Below, one piece after another: positions 38,398 through 51,590 of a DNA stretch of 64,000 nt; position 1 is the stretch's first letter, and every line of letters begins with the position of its first letter. A program made the position numbers and the translations under genes. Location of the stretch: NCBI RefSeq assembly GCF_016433145.1, contig NC_058133.1, positions 313,053,687 through 313,117,686 on the forward strand, written 5' to 3'. The notes under the pieces are model-generated. The model was not told the DNA's origin. It worked only from the letters and a program-made list of their open reading frames with translations, and searched no databases. Origin of the DNA: Gracilinanus agilis (Eukaryota).

Positions 38398-38616
38398 AAA
38401 AAATGCACATGTTTGGCAGTCAAGGGAAAAAATTATATGTGTTTGTATGTATATTTGTAACATAATCCAACAATTATTTACTACTTAAATTTCCATTAAA
38501 GAATTTTATGACAAATGACAAATATTGCAACAAAAAGAAAATAAAGGAAACATGAAGAGATTAAAAAAAAGAATACATTTTATGATTATATTTTTTAAAA
38601 TAACAGCTACAAAATC

Positions 38617-38670
38617 AAGAGAAAAAATATCCAAGTAAATCCAAAGAGAAAAAATATCCAAGTAAATCCA
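38617..38670 (+). repeat. 27-bp tandem duplication
   Basis: AAGAGAAAAAATATCCAAGTAAATCCA x2. Confidence 0.95.
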
Positions 38671-38879
38671 AAGGGAACTAAAAAGCAGATGTTTATATTA
38701 ATATATGTGTATAATTTATACATTTTAAAACAAATCATAAACAACATGGAACTTGTGGTTTTGCACATAATTTTTTATGCACTTGTTTAGTTAAATTTTT
38801 TTTGGTGGTTGTGGTAGTTACTAAGTACATAATAAAAAATAAAAAAATAAAGATTTTTTTTTAGCAGGAATCCTTTGGA

Positions 38880-39070
38880 TCATCATTTGGCACCTTCCAT
38901 CTTAGAATCAATACTGTGTGTTAGTACCAAGGCAGAAAGGAAGTAAGGGCTGGGCTTTAAGTGACTTGCCCAAGGTCACAGAGCTAGGAAGTATCTGAGG
39001 TCAAATTTGAACCCAGGACCTCCCATCTTTAGGCTTAGCTCTCAAACCATTGAGCCACCTAACTGTCCCA
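38880..39070 (-). mobile_element. Diverged SINE1_Mdo-like SINE
   Basis: Antisense match ccttccatcttagaatcaatactg…gagccacctaactgtccc. Confidence 0.8.
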
Positions 39071-39932
39071 CATGCATTTCTCTATTCCTAGACTGTGCCT
39101 CTCTTCCACATCTATTGTTTTTTAAAATCTTGTCCATTCTGGGGAAATGGAAGAGAGAAAAAATAGACTTCTTGTTCACTGGGATCAGAAGACTAAGATT
39201 CAAATTCAGTTCATATCCCTTCTTCCTTGGTTGCTTTAGACACGACATTTATCATTTCTACAAGAGATATTAACAATGTTGTCTTATTTAAACTTTAAAA
39301 TTCCTAGAATCTAGCACAATGTTTTATACCTAGTAAGAGTCTTCAAAGCCTAGTTCAAATATCACTTCATACAAGTAGTCTTCTCAGAAGTTCCCAGACC
39401 CTCTGAATTATTTTGTAAACTAGAAGACATAAAGGATTATTATCATTATGAAGTGGTTCTGAAGAGACAAAAATGTATTTCATAGAATCAGGCTAGTTAC
39501 CTAGTGGCTTAGGTTCAATATTGGGGAAAAATGGGACTCATATATCATTTAATGATTAACAAAAGATTTACTTAACTAATGACAGGAGAGGGATATTCTA
39601 CAAGGACACGAACTGAGGGCATCTCTAGTGGATTCAGCTGAGCCAAGTTCCCTTACCTTATTTGCCCACCCACTAGCATCTCTTCTAGAGAACCTTCCTC
39701 CTCCCAAGTCCTTGAGACAGCTTTATACTTAGGTAATGAGGAAGTGACCTCTTGAAGAATATTTCAGTACCTTTTAAGGAAAAATTAGTCTAAATTTCAT
39801 AGGGGGCAGGGATTAGTATATTAACATACCACTACTATCTTTGTGATCCCGGTCAAGACATTTATCCTTTGTAAAAGTGAAACAAATTATTGCTGTATAT
39901 AAAAACTTTGCACATAGGAGGAGCTTAATAAG

Positions 39933-40200
39933 AAGGGCACCAAGATGGTGAAGTAGAGGGGGTGCCAGGCCAGAGGACAGAAAGACCTGAGTTCAAATTC
40001 AGCTTTAGACTCTTAGTTGTGGTGTGACCCTGGACAGGTAACCCTATTTGCCTCAGTTTCCTCATCTGTCAAATGAGCTGGAGAAGGAAATGACAAATCA
40101 CTTGAGTATCTTTGCCAAGAAGATCCCAAATTGGGGCCACACAGAGTAGGGCTCAACTGAAATAACCAAACAGCAAAAAGAGCTTAACAAATGTTTGTTG
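39933..40200 (+). mobile_element. MAR1-type marsupial CORE-SINE
   Basis: Head + core ttgcctcagtttcctcatctgt + tail gagctggagaaggaaatg…atctttgccaagaa. Confidence 0.8.
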
Positions 40201-40369
40201 ACTATTAAAAAACAAAACAAAAACTACCCATCTATCAAGGCCTCCCTCAAATCTTACTTCATTCAGAAAGTCTTTACTAATGCTCCCCACACCTTCTGAA
40301 TTATCTTACAAATTGTAAACCATAAAGGACTGTTTTCATAGGGTAGTGTTTATGAAGAGACAAAAAAAG

Positions 40370-40760
40370 TTTCATAGAATCAGAGGGACCTCAAAGGCCA
40401 CCTAACCCATTCCCGATCAAGAATTCCCTCAATAGGGAAAGAACATGAAATATGTAACTATGGGAAAATATTCAAAATAAAAACTTAAAAAAAAAAAAAA
40501 AAGAATTCCCTCTATCACATAGCCAGCTTAGTGATCCTCCAGTTTTTACTAAAGGGTTCCAATGAACCCTTTCTCCATAAGATATCCATGTTCATTTTTG
40601 GATAGCTATCTCCATTAGGAAGTTTTCCATTTCATTGAGCCTCTATCTGACTCGGAAGGTTCCGCTCGTTGCTCTTAGTTCTATACTTTACACCAAGCAG
40701 AACAAGTCTAACCTTCTTTATGCAGTGGGACCCTTCAGTACTTAAGTGAGTATCATAGAA
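40370..40760. mobile_element. Ancient CR1/L3-like fragment
   Basis: attaggaagttttcc…gctcttagttct…ccaagcagaacaagtctaacc. Confidence 0.45.
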
Positions 40761-40999
40761 TCATAGATTTAGAGATAGAAGGGAACTTTAGGGGTACCTT
40801 GAACAACTCTCATTTTACAAACTGAGGAAACTGAAGCCTGAAAAAGTGAAGAGCCTAGATCGAGATTCTACTAATAAGTGGCAGAATAGAAAGTTGAACT
40901 CTGACTCCAAAATCTAGCACAGGCTAAAATATTCTCATTTCCTTCATATGTTTGGAAGTCAGAGATCATCTAATTCAACCTCTCCCATTCTGACTTTTT

Positions 41000-41245
41000 G
41001 TTGTTGCTGTCATTTAGTTGTTTTTCAGTCTTGGTGAACTCTTCATGACTCTGTGGGTTTTCTTGGCACAGATACTGGAGTTTTGGTAATTTACTATTTT
41101 CTTCTCCTGCTCATTTTACAGATGAAGATGAGGCAAAAGGGATTAAGGGAATTACAGGGTTACCTAGCTAGTAGTAGCGGATTTGAACTCAGGATGTGGA
41201 GTCTTCCTAACTCCAGGCCTGGTGCTCAATCCACTGTGCCACCTA
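41000..41245 (-). mobile_element. MAR1-type CORE-SINE
   Basis: ttttcttggcacagatactggag…ctcattttacagatg…ggtgctcaatccactgtgccacct. Confidence 0.75.
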
Positions 41246-42374
41246 CTTCCCTAAATGGAAACTTTAGAGAGGAGGAAATTGAGGATAAGAGAGGTTGAGT
41301 GATGTGCTCAAGCTCTCACAGATAGTAATGAGCTGAGCTAGGATTCCAACCAATGGTCTCTGACTCTAAAAAATCATTGGATTTTTTTTTTCTATTCTAA
41401 CAATGTATGCACTGCTTTTTAGTACATTTCATATTTAAAACAAGCAACCTGATTATGCCATGAGGAGAAAGAACCCCTCTGAAAGCTGAAAGAGCCTTGA
41501 TTCATTCCCATTGTCCCCAAACCGGTTTTCTCATCTCATGGAGGGAAGGAATATTTTCCCTTATCATTGGAACAATCATAATAAAGATACCTAGATGACT
41601 GATTTTTGAAAATAAAAATAGAACTTCCCTCCTCCTCCTCAAAACATGGCAACAGGAAATTCTGTTGGCCTTCCTACTGCCTACTAATGTTTCCAAAAGA
41701 CTGCCATATGGGGTGCTATATTGTCTCAATTCCTGCAGAATACTTGGAGTGTATTAAAACTTTGAACTTTGGGTATAGCTGTACACTGAACTCTATTACA
41801 AAAATCTTCTATTACAAAAAAACCCTTCTGAAAAATTATAATTTTTAATGCCTTTACCACCTTGTCTCAATCAAATTCGGAGAGCAGACGGAGACATTTA
41901 GGACATGTATTTTGCTTTGTCAACGGCTGAAAAATAGTGTAACTAAAGAGATCAGGATTTGAATTCTTTAGCTGAAATTCACATATATGAAAGGATTATA
42001 CTGATGTTGCTATACACTCATTAGCTATACACTCATTATTTGTCAGATTTTCTGAATCAAGGATATAGTATGATGAGGAAATATTTTCAACTTAATCCAA
42101 ACTAATCTCCAAAACTGAACTAGTGTGCAAACTTTCCTGTTGCATTCATTGATAAGAATTAAAATTAGCACACAAAACAAATGATACACAAATTTGGCAT
42201 TTAAACTTTTTTTTTCTGTCCTAAAAACATAAAGCTTTTTGTAGATATCTCTTTATGTCTTGGCTAGCTGTGGGAACTGTGAATATTATAGAAGATTAGA
42301 CCACAAATTGTCAGTGTTCCCTTTAGATAACTCAGAGATTGTCTGATCTCATTTAAAAAAAGATAATAATCAAG

Positions 42375-42600
42375 GGGGCATCTGGATGGCTCAGTAGTGG
42401 ATTGAGAGCCAGGCCTAGAGACAGGAGAACCTGCGGTCAATTCTGGCCTCAGACCCTTCCTAGCTGTGTGACCCTGGGTAAGTCACTTAACCCCCATTGC
42501 CTAGCCCTTACCACTCTTCTTTTTTGGATTCAGTAGTGATTCCAGTTGATTCCAATCCAATTCTGATTCCAAGACAGAAGGTAAGGGTTTTTTAAAAAAA
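42375..42600 (+). mobile_element. SINE1_Mdo-like SINE with internal low-complexity expansion
   Basis: Head ggggcatctggatggctcag; extra ttggattcagtagtgattccagttgattcc… before the normal tail. Confidence 0.8.
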
Positions 42601-43704
42601 TCATTGTAAAGATTTCTCCATTCTAAATTTGAATCTGCCAATGTATTGCCATGTCTTTTTAAAAAAGCTCCTAAATTGCCATTTAAGGAGAAGAAAATGA
42701 GTGCAGAGCATTTTTGTGAATGTGTTATTTTAATGATGATTTTTCTTTTCAATAATTTCTTTTATAGGATAATATAGATTTTGACAAATGGAAAAAGAAA
42801 ATCTGTTCAATCATTAGCTAAGATGCATCTATTTCATGGACATGCCTATTTGAGTAAACTTTAATACTCCAATGGTTCTCTCATCTCCTTGTGGAGAATA
42901 TTCCTGACAGGAATGCAAATTATGACCCCTACCTTCCTATCCATTCTATGCCACTTTCAGCTATGTCTTCCCATAAGTTTAGCACAAGGAGTTCACTCAG
43001 CATGCTAAAGATCTTCATATTCTCTTCTCATTTCATGGACTCAATTTGGATTCATTTCAAAGGGCTAAATAAATATTTAGCACTCATCATTTGCCAGGCA
43101 TTTAACATTTAACCCTGGAAATAAAAATACACACACACACACACACACTGTCTCCACCCTCCTGGAGCTTACATTCTACTAAGGAAAAATAATATTAACA
43201 TAAATACACACAGATAGATGTAGAATAAACACCTGGTGATTTCAGGACAGTGTATTATTACCCATATAAAAGACTAACAACAGGAAGAAGGGTAGTGGTC
43301 AGGAAAGGCCTCCCTTAAGAGGTGACCTTTGCACTGAGGCTGGGAGAGGAGAGGTTCCTAGGGGGAGAAGAAAGGGGGGGAGGGCATTCCAGGCTTGGGG
43401 ATGAGAAGATGGAATGTCATTTACCAGGAACAGCAAGTAGGCCAAGTTGGTGGGAACTTAGAGTGCCTGAGGGAAGAGTGATAGATAATCAGCCCGGAAA
43501 GGTAAGTTGGAGCCAGATGGTGGAAGGGCTTTAAATGTCACATAGAAGTTGCATTTTATTTTGGAAGAGTTAGGGAGCTAGCCACTAAAGCCTCCTAAAC
43601 TGGGAAGTGACCTAGTGAGGCTTTAAGATATCAGTGGAATATGCAGATTTTCTGTGGGTTATTCCCCCCTTTTCCCTTTTAATACCCTTGTCCAGACTGC
43701 CCTC

Positions 43705-43910
43705 AATGTCTCAAACTCAAAAAGAAACTATACATAAGGATCTTTCCAGGCTACATATTAACTTAGAAAACCACATATTAACATTTTCTAGGTTTTGCTG
43801 TTGTATTTTTGTATTTTATTAAATATTCCCTGATCCTTTTAATCTAGATTGGCCACACTTGAGATTGTCTTAGGCCACATGCCTCCCATTGCCCCATATT
43901 TTATACCTCT
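43705..43910 (+). mobile_element. Older marsupial hAT/Charlie MITE copy
   Basis: caaactcaaaaagaaac…cataaggatc…acttagaaaaccacatattaacatt…ggccacacttgag. Confidence 0.6.
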
Positions 43911-43917
43911 ATACGGA

Positions 43918-44180
43918 GATTGTTTAGTCATTTCAGTCATGTCTGACTCTTCGTGACCCATTTGGGATTTTCTTGACAAACATACTGGAATGGTTTGCCA
44001 TTTTCTTCTCCAGCTCATTTTAGATGTGAGGAAATTAAGGAAATTAAGGCAAGTAGTGTTAAGTGGCTGGCCCAGAGTCCCTCAGCTCATTAGTGTCTGA
44101 GACCAGATTTGAACTGGGGAAGATGAGTCTTCTGACTTCTGGCCTGGCACTCTATCCACCTGGTAACAACCTACCTGCCC
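43918..44180 (-). mobile_element. MAR1-type CORE-SINE
   Basis: tagtcatttcagtcatgtctgactcttcgtgaccc…ccagctcattttaga…ctctatccacc. Confidence 0.8.
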
Positions 44181-44341
44181 TATCTGGTATTGATCATTCT
44201 CATTAAACAAGTAGGCATATGGAACAATAGCTTTTTCTATTCTCTCATTTGCCTTTTTGTGAGGGTAATAATAAATTGTGAGATTTTTAATCGTGTTTTT
44301 GGTTGTTTTCCCCTCCTTTATGTACCTCAAGAATCAACCCC

Positions 44342-44537
44342 TGGGGGGCAGCTGGGTGGCTCAATGAACTGAGATGAGAGGAACTGGGTTCAAATGTGAC
44401 CTCAGATACTTCCCAGCTGTGTGACCCTGGGCAAGTCACTTGACCCCCATTGCCTAGCCCTTACCACTCTTCTGCCTTGAAACCAATACACAGTATTGAT
44501 TCCAAGATGGAAGGTGAGGATTAAAAAAAAAAAAAAA
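44342..44537 (+). mobile_element. SINE1_Mdo-like SINE
   Basis: A-tail; degenerate TSD aagaatcaacccctg/aagaatcaattcctg. Confidence 0.9.
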
Positions 44538-46047
44538 AGAATCAATTCCTGGATGCTCTCAAAATTGTATTGCTTCTAGCATGGCTCTCATTCTCTCTGA
44601 GCTCTAGTTTTCTCAGATGTAAAATGATAATACTTAAAAAAAAAAAAACCCACTTCACAGGGATCCCAGTATGTATGTAAAGTACCCTTTAAACCTTAAA
44701 GCACTATCAGCTTTGGAAGGGGGGGGGGGAGGAAAGTGTGGAGGGGAAAGGAGGAGGGGGATAATGAATCATGTAACCATGGAAAAAGTCTAAATTTAAA
44801 AAAATGTAAAAAACAAAAAACAAAATAACTTACAGCACCATATAAATGTCTGCTAATACTCTTGTATAAAGTTCATTTGAGATAATGACATCAACAAGTG
44901 TTGATTATTCAGGATTTTAGAGATCACCCTTGAAATGCAAAATCTTACCAGATATCTGTCTATGTACAGCAGGTGATGCATCCAAAATAGCTGTCAAATG
45001 GACAATGGCATGTCCAAGGGGTAATTAAAGGCTGGGGAATTATGTTTCCTTTTTAAGAAATTCTTTCCTTTCTCTTTCTTTCTTAATCATAGAAATAAAC
45101 AGAAAAGATGATCTATTTAGATGTTGTTAAATCATGAAAGCCACCATTAACAAGATTCCTTTGTTGTAAATGCCTTAGAGACCTCCTATAATCCAATCTA
45201 ATCCCATAAAACATTTATTAATCACCCGCCAAGATCCAGGTACTGTGCTCAGGGCTGGGGATCAAATTAATAAATTAGAAAGAGTCCCTGGCTTCAAGAA
45301 CCTTACAATCCAGTAATCAGAGGGGAAATTCTACCAATCAGAGGGGAAAGGAAGGAGGCTGAAGGAAGTGCTGTCAGGCAAAGATTGAGTTAGCAGCATG
45401 GTGATGAGCTTAACCTGGAAGGACCATCTTTCTCCAAGGAATTAAAACCAGAACAGCAGATGTAGAGTGTTGTGAGCAAAATTCACCAAATCTCTTCAGC
45501 TCTGATTCTATAATAAGCTTACCATAATTACTGTGTTAACCTTGCCTGTATTTCAGTTTCCCTGTTCAGAAAAAGTAAATTTCCAATTCAGGAATACCTT
45601 CACTCTACCTCTGGAAGTGGCAATACCCTGTAGTTTAATTAGTTGCAAAGGGAGTCCTTAATTCTTAAAAAAACAACAAGACAAAGGCAATATAAATTGA
45701 TCAGTAATAGATTATGATCTCCTTGAACTCTGTTGTAGCTGTCCTACTGTCTTGATATTAAAATTTCCAAGTTTATAATGATTAAGGGTTGGATTTTCTT
45801 TCTTTTTTTCTTTCTCTTAGCGTACAATATCTTTCTACATTGTCTCTACTCTGTCCCATCATCCCAGTACCATCTGTTGTATCTATTTACAAGCTGTTCC
45901 CCAGTATACTTAGCATCTTAAGTTTAAGAAAACACTCCCAATTTTGTCAAAGAAAACTTGTCCCTCATATCAACAGTCACCAACGGCAACTAGAAATTAA
46001 CTCTCTAAGTCTAAGTGACTTCTGAATCGGTATCTGTGAGATTACTT

Positions 46048-46235
46048 GAATTGTTTAGTCACTTCAGACTCTTCTTGACCCCATTTGGAATTTTCTTGGC
46101 AAAGATACTGGAGAGCTTTACCATTTCCTTCTCCAGCTCATTTTATAGATAAGGAATTAAGAAGACAAGCCCAGGGTCATTTAGGAATTAAGTGTCTGAG
46201 ATCAGACTTGAACTCAGATTCTTCTGACTCCTGAC
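46048..46235 (-). mobile_element. MAR1-type CORE-SINE fragment
   Basis: ttttcttggcaaagatactggag…ccttctccagctcattttatagat. Confidence 0.75.
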
Positions 46236-46754
46236 ATCACTTAGATTACCTTAACCACTTTGTAAATGGAGTCTGTTTCTGGAAGCCATTCCAAGAATTC
46301 CAGAAGTAGTTTTGCTGGTTTCTTCCACCAATTTTGCAGAACTGTCTGTTGTCTTCCTACCTGTTGATGTAACCTAAAAAAGACTTACTGAATAGGTGAG
46401 GAGATCCATCCTTGAAGCAGGCTGGCTCAGGCAACCCATCCATTTGTCATCTTACCAGCTCTTTGAGGCTGAACAAAGAGAACACCATGGATCAAAATAT
46501 AGCCCAAATCCATGTCAGTGCTATTGTCTTTGAAGTTCGAGCAGGCTCCCTGCTGAACGCCTTTATCTCCTACAATTTCTTTGTAGCCAAGCAGGGAAGG
46601 ATCCTGTTTTTTAAGTTGTGTGAGTACGTTGCTGTCTGTGCCAGATACTTAAATAATAGCAGATATTGGTAGAGAGGGCAGGTAAAAAGAGGGGCTGAAT
46701 TTTTTGAAAACTATATCTTCTGGAATGCCTGAACATGCAAAAATTATTTTAATA

Positions 46755-46945
46755 GGGGCAGCTGGGTAGCTCAGTGGATTGAGAGTCAGGCCTAGAGACG
46801 GGAGGTCCTAGGTTCAAACCCGGCCTCAGCCACTTCCCAGCTGTGTGACCCTGGGCAAGTCACTTGACCCCCATTGCCCACCCTTACCACTCTTCCACCT
46901 ATAAGTCAATACACAGAAGTTAAAGGGTTTAAAATAAAAAAAATA
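46755..46945 (+). mobile_element. Young SINE1_Mdo-like SINE
   Basis: CpGs intact (gagacgggagg, aaacccggcc); TSD-like ATTTTAATA. Confidence 0.9.
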
Positions 46946-47624
46946 TATTTTAATATAGTCCATGATACTAAACAAGTCACTCATTCTTTCTCTGGTTCAA
47001 GTCATGTCACAGGATCATAATATCCCAGCTTTGGGACTGGAAGGAACCTTAGACGGCATCTCTTCCAACCTCCACGCCTTTCCTTTACAAAAGAGAAAAC
47101 AGAGTCCCAGAGAAATAAAATATACTTGTTTCAGGATGCATAGGTAATGAGTGACAGCTGGGAGTTTGAACTCTGGTCTTCTAACTCCAAATCTAAGGCT
47201 GTTTTTCTGCTACACTGCATCTTCAGATATGGAATAAAATTATCCTATTACAAGATTGCTTATAACTGTTGATGAAAATATTGGCAAATGATAGTACACG
47301 TATAATCCAGATCAAGTCGATTACCATCTCCAGGCATGGGGAGGGAAAGAAGGAAGGGTGACAATTTGGATCTTATGATTTCAGAAAACATAGGTGGAAA
47401 ATTGTTATTACATGTCATTGGGAAAATCAAGTATCTAAAAAAAAGAAAGAAAATAAATGCAAAGCATTTATAGTCTGTGCGTGAGGTCTGTCAAAGCCTC
47501 GGGACTCACATGAATTAGTTCTAATCTTGGAGACCTAAGCCAAGTGGTCGTTTTCTCTTTGGTTCATTATGGCTCCACTCTGGAGTTTATTCCAGAGAAA
47601 AATCCTCAAAATAAAGGTTGGTTT

Positions 47625-48100
47625 TTTTTTTGTTGTTTTGTTTTTAATATATTTTTAAACCCTTAACTTCTGTGTATTAGTTCCTTGGTGGAAGATTGGT
47701 AAGGGTAGGCAATGGGGGTCAAGTGACTTGCCCAGGGTCACACAGCTGGGAAGTGTCTGAAGCCGGATTTGAACCTAGGACCTCCCATCTCTAGGCCTGG
47801 CTCTCAATCCACTGAGCTACCCAGCTGCCCCCAAAATAAAGTTTTGATAGAGTTCATGTCTAGGTTTTCCAAAAAGTTATATAAAAGTGGGGCACCTAGT
47901 TGGCTTAGTGGCTCAGTGGATTGAGAGCCAAGCCTAGTGATAGGAGGTCCTGTTTCAAATGACCTCAGCTATTTTCTAGCTGTGTGACCCTGAGCAAGTC
48001 ACTTAAACCCCATTATCTAGCCCTTACCACTCTTCTGCCTTGGAATCAAAACATAATATTGATTCTAAGATGTAAGATAAGAAGTTGGGTTTTTTTTTTG
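47625..48100. mobile_element. Head-to-head SINE pair (47625-47832 minus, ~47890-48100 plus)
   Basis: Both match the SINE1_Mdo-like consensus; first flanked by CAAAATAAAG. Confidence 0.85.
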
Positions 48101-49054
48101 TTTGTTTTTTTTTAAAGTGGCTAAAAGGGGGTCCCTAGTTTTGTCCAAGCACTCAGGGTACTAAATGCATATCAGATAAGATAACCTTTATTTCACAACA
48201 CCAAAGGAGTCTTGAAACTGATACAGAAAAATAAAACACTCTTAAAAAGCCCATAAATCCTTCTCTTTGATGTTCTGATAAATTCTTCTTTCCCACAAGC
48301 TCCACACAATATTCTCCTCCCTGTTTCAACTTATAATACTTCTCTGTGGTTTGGACTCCCTCCAAAAAGTAAATATACTTTGGGGGTGCGGAATAAACAA
48401 TCCCCTTCCTAACAGACCTGCACTGTAGGGAAACATGTCTATTTCTGCTTTGTACTTCTTCAGGAAATTTCTCAGTACCCCCACTTGCTCTCTTCTCTTG
48501 GCCTGGGAGGTTGTCTCAGAGCAGGTTTCTTTGTGATATTTTTGTTGAGTTGCCTTTTTTTTTTTAAACAAGGAATCATTCAATCTAGATAGAAGAGGGG
48601 TGCAAAATAATGGATGTAAAGACAAAAAAGTATCAATAAAACACATTTTAAAAAATGACCTGACCCCAAACAATTCCAAGAAAGCAGCACTGACAAGAAA
48701 GGAAAAATCTTTTAAAATAACTTTAAAAGAATTGAATACTTTTTGTCTCGATATTTTTCCCAGCTGCACTCTGGCCAGTATTCTCATCTCTCTCCCACCA
48801 GAAATTCAACTTCTCTCCTGGGAAGCTGGGCTTTGATAAATGAGCTTTTGCCTTATCTTGTCCTGGGCTTCTGAACCACTTTCTGGCCATCTATATCACA
48901 GCTAATAAGCTTTTCCTTTTCCCTTTTGCTTATAGATCCCTTTTATTTGTTCTCTTCCCCCAGTAGAATGTAAGCTTCTTGAAGACTGGAACTGTTTTGC
49001 TTAGGGCAATGAGGGTGGGGAGCATATAGTAAGTGTTAAATAAATATTCTATTT

Positions 49055-49245
49055 AGGAGCCAGCTAGATAGCTCAGTGGAGAGCCAGGCCTAGAGAGGGA
49101 ATGTCCTGGGTTCAAATTTGGCCTTAAATACTTTCTAGATGTATGATCCTGGGCAAGTCATTTAACTCCTGTAGGCCATACCTTATTGCTTCTCTGCCTT
49201 AGAATTGATACTTAGTATTAATTCTAAGATGGAAAGTAAGGGTCT
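49055..49245 (+). mobile_element. Diverged SINE1_Mdo-like SINE
   Basis: ggagccagctagatagctcagtggagagccaggcctagag…ttctaagatggaaagtaagggt. Confidence 0.75.
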
Positions 49246-50896
49246 CTAAATAAGTAAATACTCTATTTATCCATCTATTTATCTATATATCTATTACCTA
49301 TAGATCTATCCTCACTTAAACCTAAAGATAATACTTTCACCACAAAGAAAAAATACCTGCATTTTCATACTGCTTCTTCCTCATTCCACCCTCCAGGAAT
49401 TCTTCAGGACAAAGGAAATAAGGATAAGGGAATAAAATAGTTCTTAGAAGGTTAAAAGATAGATTTGGGTAACCAAGACTTCCTGTGTGACTAAGCAAGC
49501 TAAATTTTACAGAACAATCAGACAAAGAGTCAAGAAGAGAGGCCTATTGTCAAATCTAATATCTGAGGCATAAGGTTCAAAGAATAAATCCTTTTTTCAT
49601 TTCTGTGACAGAACTTTTTTTTTAAACCCTTACCTTCTCTTAGAATTAATACTGTGAATTGGTTCCAAGGCAGAAGAACAGTAAGTACACTTTTGTCAGC
49701 AGCAACAAGTCCTATTAGGGATCCAGGCTGAGTCACAGAAACTTTAGAGCAATGTTTTCAGATGGTTCCCCACTAACTTTATTCCAAGATAATGTGATCT
49801 GTGAAAGGAAGAAAAAGGGATTGGTTTCATGGGGGTTAAGTGACTTGCCCAAGGTCACCCAGCTAGGAAATTTTGCTTATAGAGCTCCCCAGCTGCCACC
49901 ATGTTGCAGAACTCTTGAAGGAAGATGAGTATAAGTTTGGGAAGGCAGGAAGGGACCAGTTATTGAGGGGCTTTAAAATATATAAGATATGATATCTACA
50001 ATGATCAAAGAGAAAAGAACTCAGATCATTGTACTGTTTACCAAGGTTAACTCCTGAAAAAAGGCAATGAGACATAAGAAATAGTAAAAGAAAAGGAGCA
50101 ATATTGTCAAACATGATCAATATAACAATTTGTTTTGCTTAATTGGACCAAATTGTTACAAGAAAGAGTTGTATAAAGGTGAAGGTTCTGGAAAGTAACA
50201 ACAGTATTTTTTAAACGATCAAAATAGTTTAAAAAAATTTTTTTTAAACTCTGAATTTTTGGTATCAGAAGACCTAGGTTTGAATGTGTTATTCTTCCAC
50301 TCACTAATTGTGGAATTGCAGCATCTTTGAGCCTTAGTTCCTTATCTAGGAAAAAATATTTATACCTATAAATACTTATATCTACTAATTTTTATGCCAT
50401 TTATCTCATAGGGTTGTTGTAAATGAAAACTCTTTGGGAACTACAAAGTCCTATGTAAAAGTGAAGTATGATTTACATTATTTTGTCTCTTCCAGTGTTC
50501 TGAGTAATAAAAGGGAGAATGGAAATAAATGAAGCATCTTAGTTCATACAGTAAAGGAAAAAAATGTCACTTATAATGGGGCTTGAGTGCGTTTCCATAA
50601 AAATCTTTTTTGGTGAAGGACCACTTGGTTTTTCCTTCCAAGAGAGGGGTATGGGACAGCACTGGAGAGAAGAGAGGAGATCCTAGTGCTATTGGCTACC
50701 CGTGAACAGGAGAGAGGTTCTAGGCTCTCTTCAGGGAGAGGTCCTTAAAGAAAAAGACTCTGGGTAGAAGTTGACATGAGGAAGATCAGGTGCCTTGGTC
50801 ATGTACCTATTTCCATCTTATCACACAAGAGACTTCAGGCAATTTCCCTGCAGAGAGATCGAGGATTCTCTTTTATGGTTGAGATAGAACTCTTTT

Positions 50897-51233
50897 TTTT
50901 TTTTTTACTTTTACTTTTATTTATTTATTTTAGATAGGAACTTCTTTTTTCTTGTTTTGAATATTTTTCCATATTTACATGTTTCATGTTCTTTCCCTCT
51001 CCCCCATACTCCCCTAACCCTAAACTAACATGTATCATTGATTAAGCCCTAATTCCATATTATCGATAGTTGGGCTAGAGTTATCGTTTAGTGTCTACAT
51101 CCCCAATAATATTCCCATCAACCCATGTGTTCAAGCAGTTGTTTTTCCTCTGTGTTTCTCCTCCCACAGTTCTTCCTCTGAATGTAGCTAGTTTTCTTTC
51201 TCAGCCTTGCTCTGGATTCTTGCATTGCTGCTA
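50897..51233 (-). mobile_element. 5'-truncated L1_Mdo insertion
   Basis: 16-bp TSD GAGATAGAACTCTTTT (50881-50896 / 51234-51249); poly-T; T/AAAA endonuclease-type site on minus strand. Confidence 0.88.
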
Positions 51234-51271
51234 GAGATAGAACTCTTTTATTCTGCGTATTGTCTTGTCCG

Positions 51272-51590
51272 TGTAGAAACTAGAAGCCCCCAAACTTGTA
51301 GCCTAGAAAGATTTAATGACTCCCAGTTTACTTAGCTTAAAGGTGAAAGCCCCAGGTTTGACGTTGTCACAGGAGAATTCCTCCCAGAGGTAAAGTCCAA
51401 CTTCACTACTCTCTGACTAACAAAAGACCTTACTTGAGCTTGAGTGGGGATGACCATTCCCATTGGGGCCAAACCTAAACCGAGTGACCCTTCAGAGGCA
51501 GTAGGCAGTGCCTACACTGAAGGTCCCGAGTTCAGTCCTCAGAAGGATGGTGTGATATACTGGGAGAGGCTTCTGGAGACCAGAGATTAC
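51272..51590 (+). mobile_element. LTR-like interspersed repeat, copy C
   Basis: Starts TGTAGAAACTAGAAGCCCCC; similar over ~320 bp to the copies at 59.6-60.2 kb; TG terminus suggests an ERV solo LTR (inference; orientation ambiguous). Confidence 0.6.

Noticed and set aside
48326-48787. 153-aa minus-strand ORF
   Set aside because: Runs through a poly-A tract (KKKK), starts at a non-ATG codon, no recognisable homology.
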